From the NCBI RefSeq assembly GCF_963921235.1, contig NC_086097.1, positions 48,486,001-48,550,000 of the forward strand: a DNA stretch of 64,000 nt, in the 5' to 3' direction. Every line of letters begins with the position of its first letter. Within the stretch, counting starts at the first letter, position 1. Shown in pieces: positions 62,890 through 64,000 of this stretch. A program made the translations under genes and the position numbers. The notes below the pieces were generated by a model. The model was given only the letters and a program-made list of their open reading frames with translations. It was not told the DNA's origin and searched no databases. This DNA is from Mobula hypostoma. Lineage: Eukaryota.

Positions 62890-64000
62890 CAAACCAACAT
62901 GGGAGGTTTCAGAGGGATACCTTTAGTCGGGTAGGGAATGATATCGCGAAAAATGTGGAGTGTTTGATCTGAGGATAAGTCCTTCAGTAGTTTATCCGGT
63001 TGTAGCTCCATGGAAGCTTGGCTCCATAGACTGGCATTTGTTAGAGGTAAAAAGGAAAGAAAGATATAAAACAGATTTGGTAAATGCATTTAACTGTCAT
63101 GTGATGGAAAAGTATAGTGATTATACTCACATTTATACGGATGGTGCGAAGGAACCTGAAACAGGAGTGACAGGGTTTGGGGTGGTAATACCAGCAAAAG
63201 AAATTGGAATCAGCAGAAGAACATCTAATAAGTTAGGGGTGTTTACAGTGGAGATGCTGGCAGTGTTGATTGCGTTGCAATGGGTGCAGAAAGCCAGACA
63301 AGCCAAAGCATTGATATGTTCAGATTCATCCTCAGTTCTAGCAAGTTTAAGGTTTTTTCACACAAACGGTCGGCAAGATGTACTTTATGAAGTCCTTCAG
63401 TTAGTTACAAGAATTGCAAATCAGGGAGGTCAGGTAAAATTTCTATGGGTTCCAGCACATGTAGGGGTGAAGGGGAATGAGAGGGTGGATGAGTTGGCAA
63501 AGAGGGCGTTAAAGAAAGTAAATGTGGAAATGCACATTAGTATCAGTAAAGCAGAGGTTAAGTGTGTAATCTGGGAAAAAGTCAACCGAATGTGGCAAGA
63601 AAGATGGACAGGGAGGGGAAAGGGAGGCATTTATATCAAATACAAAAGAGTGTTGCAGGTACTAGGGTAGGTAGTGGAAACAGAAGAGAGGAAACTGTGT
63701 GGACTAGGTTAAGGCTGGGGCATTGTGCATTAAACAAAACATTGAAAATGATAGGGAAACACCAGACAGGATTGTGTGAGAAATGTCAGGAAGAGGAGTC
63801 AGTAGAACATGTAGTTTTGTGTTGCAGGAAGTATGGGATACAGAGAGAGATGATGAGAAATAAATTAAGGGAGTTGGGGATGCAGGAATTCACATTAAAA
63901 GGGTTGCTGGGCATGGGTGAGAGAGCACAAGTCCAGGTATTTTTAGCGTTTTTAAGGGGTACAGGGGTTTTTTATAGAATATGACGAATAAACAGGAATA
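62890..64000 (+). mobile_element. I/Nimb-clade LINE 3' part with RNase H and CCHC finger
   Basis: ORF 62960-63670 has IYTDGAK, VEMLAV, ICSDSSS and WVPAHVGVKGNERVDELAK; frameshifted continuation 63562-63984 has TRLRLGH and CEKCQEEESVEHVVLCC. Confidence 0.9.

Noticed and set aside
1..64000. Prokaryotic systems (retron, DGR, CRISPR, group II intron) suggested by the many RT ORFs
   Set aside because: All RTs carry eukaryotic LINE or Gypsy motifs, there is no operon structure, and no repeat-spacer array was seen.

Overview
Eukaryotic, vertebrate, repeat-dense intronic or intergenic DNA. The repeat set (Deu-domain SINEs, V-SINEs, several CR1 subfamilies, Rex1/Babar LINEs, Penelope-type palindromes) suggests a cartilaginous fish, probably a ray; this is inference. 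No intact host gene is recognisable, and most long ORFs are retroelement remnants or their antisense shadows. Main content: (1) a full-length CR1 LINE (ORF1 esterase plus ORF2) with two nested insertions, and several young 5'-truncated CR1 and Rex1/Babar copies; (2) three Ty3/Gypsy LTR elements, an R4/Dong-type fragment and an RNase H-bearing I/Nimb-type LINE; (3) many short Penelope-derived inserts with minimal hammerhead ribozyme motifs. The most striking observation is a non-autonomous Gypsy element (55991-60002; two LTRs, 4-bp TSD, PNMA-like gag). Its RNase H/integrase region is replaced by about 430 bp made of three non-contiguous pieces of sarcomeric myosin heavy chain rod coding sequence, apparently captured from a spliced mRNA. 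All family calls and alignments were made by eye from remembered motifs and need database confirmation. Boundaries are approximate unless a TSD is quoted.
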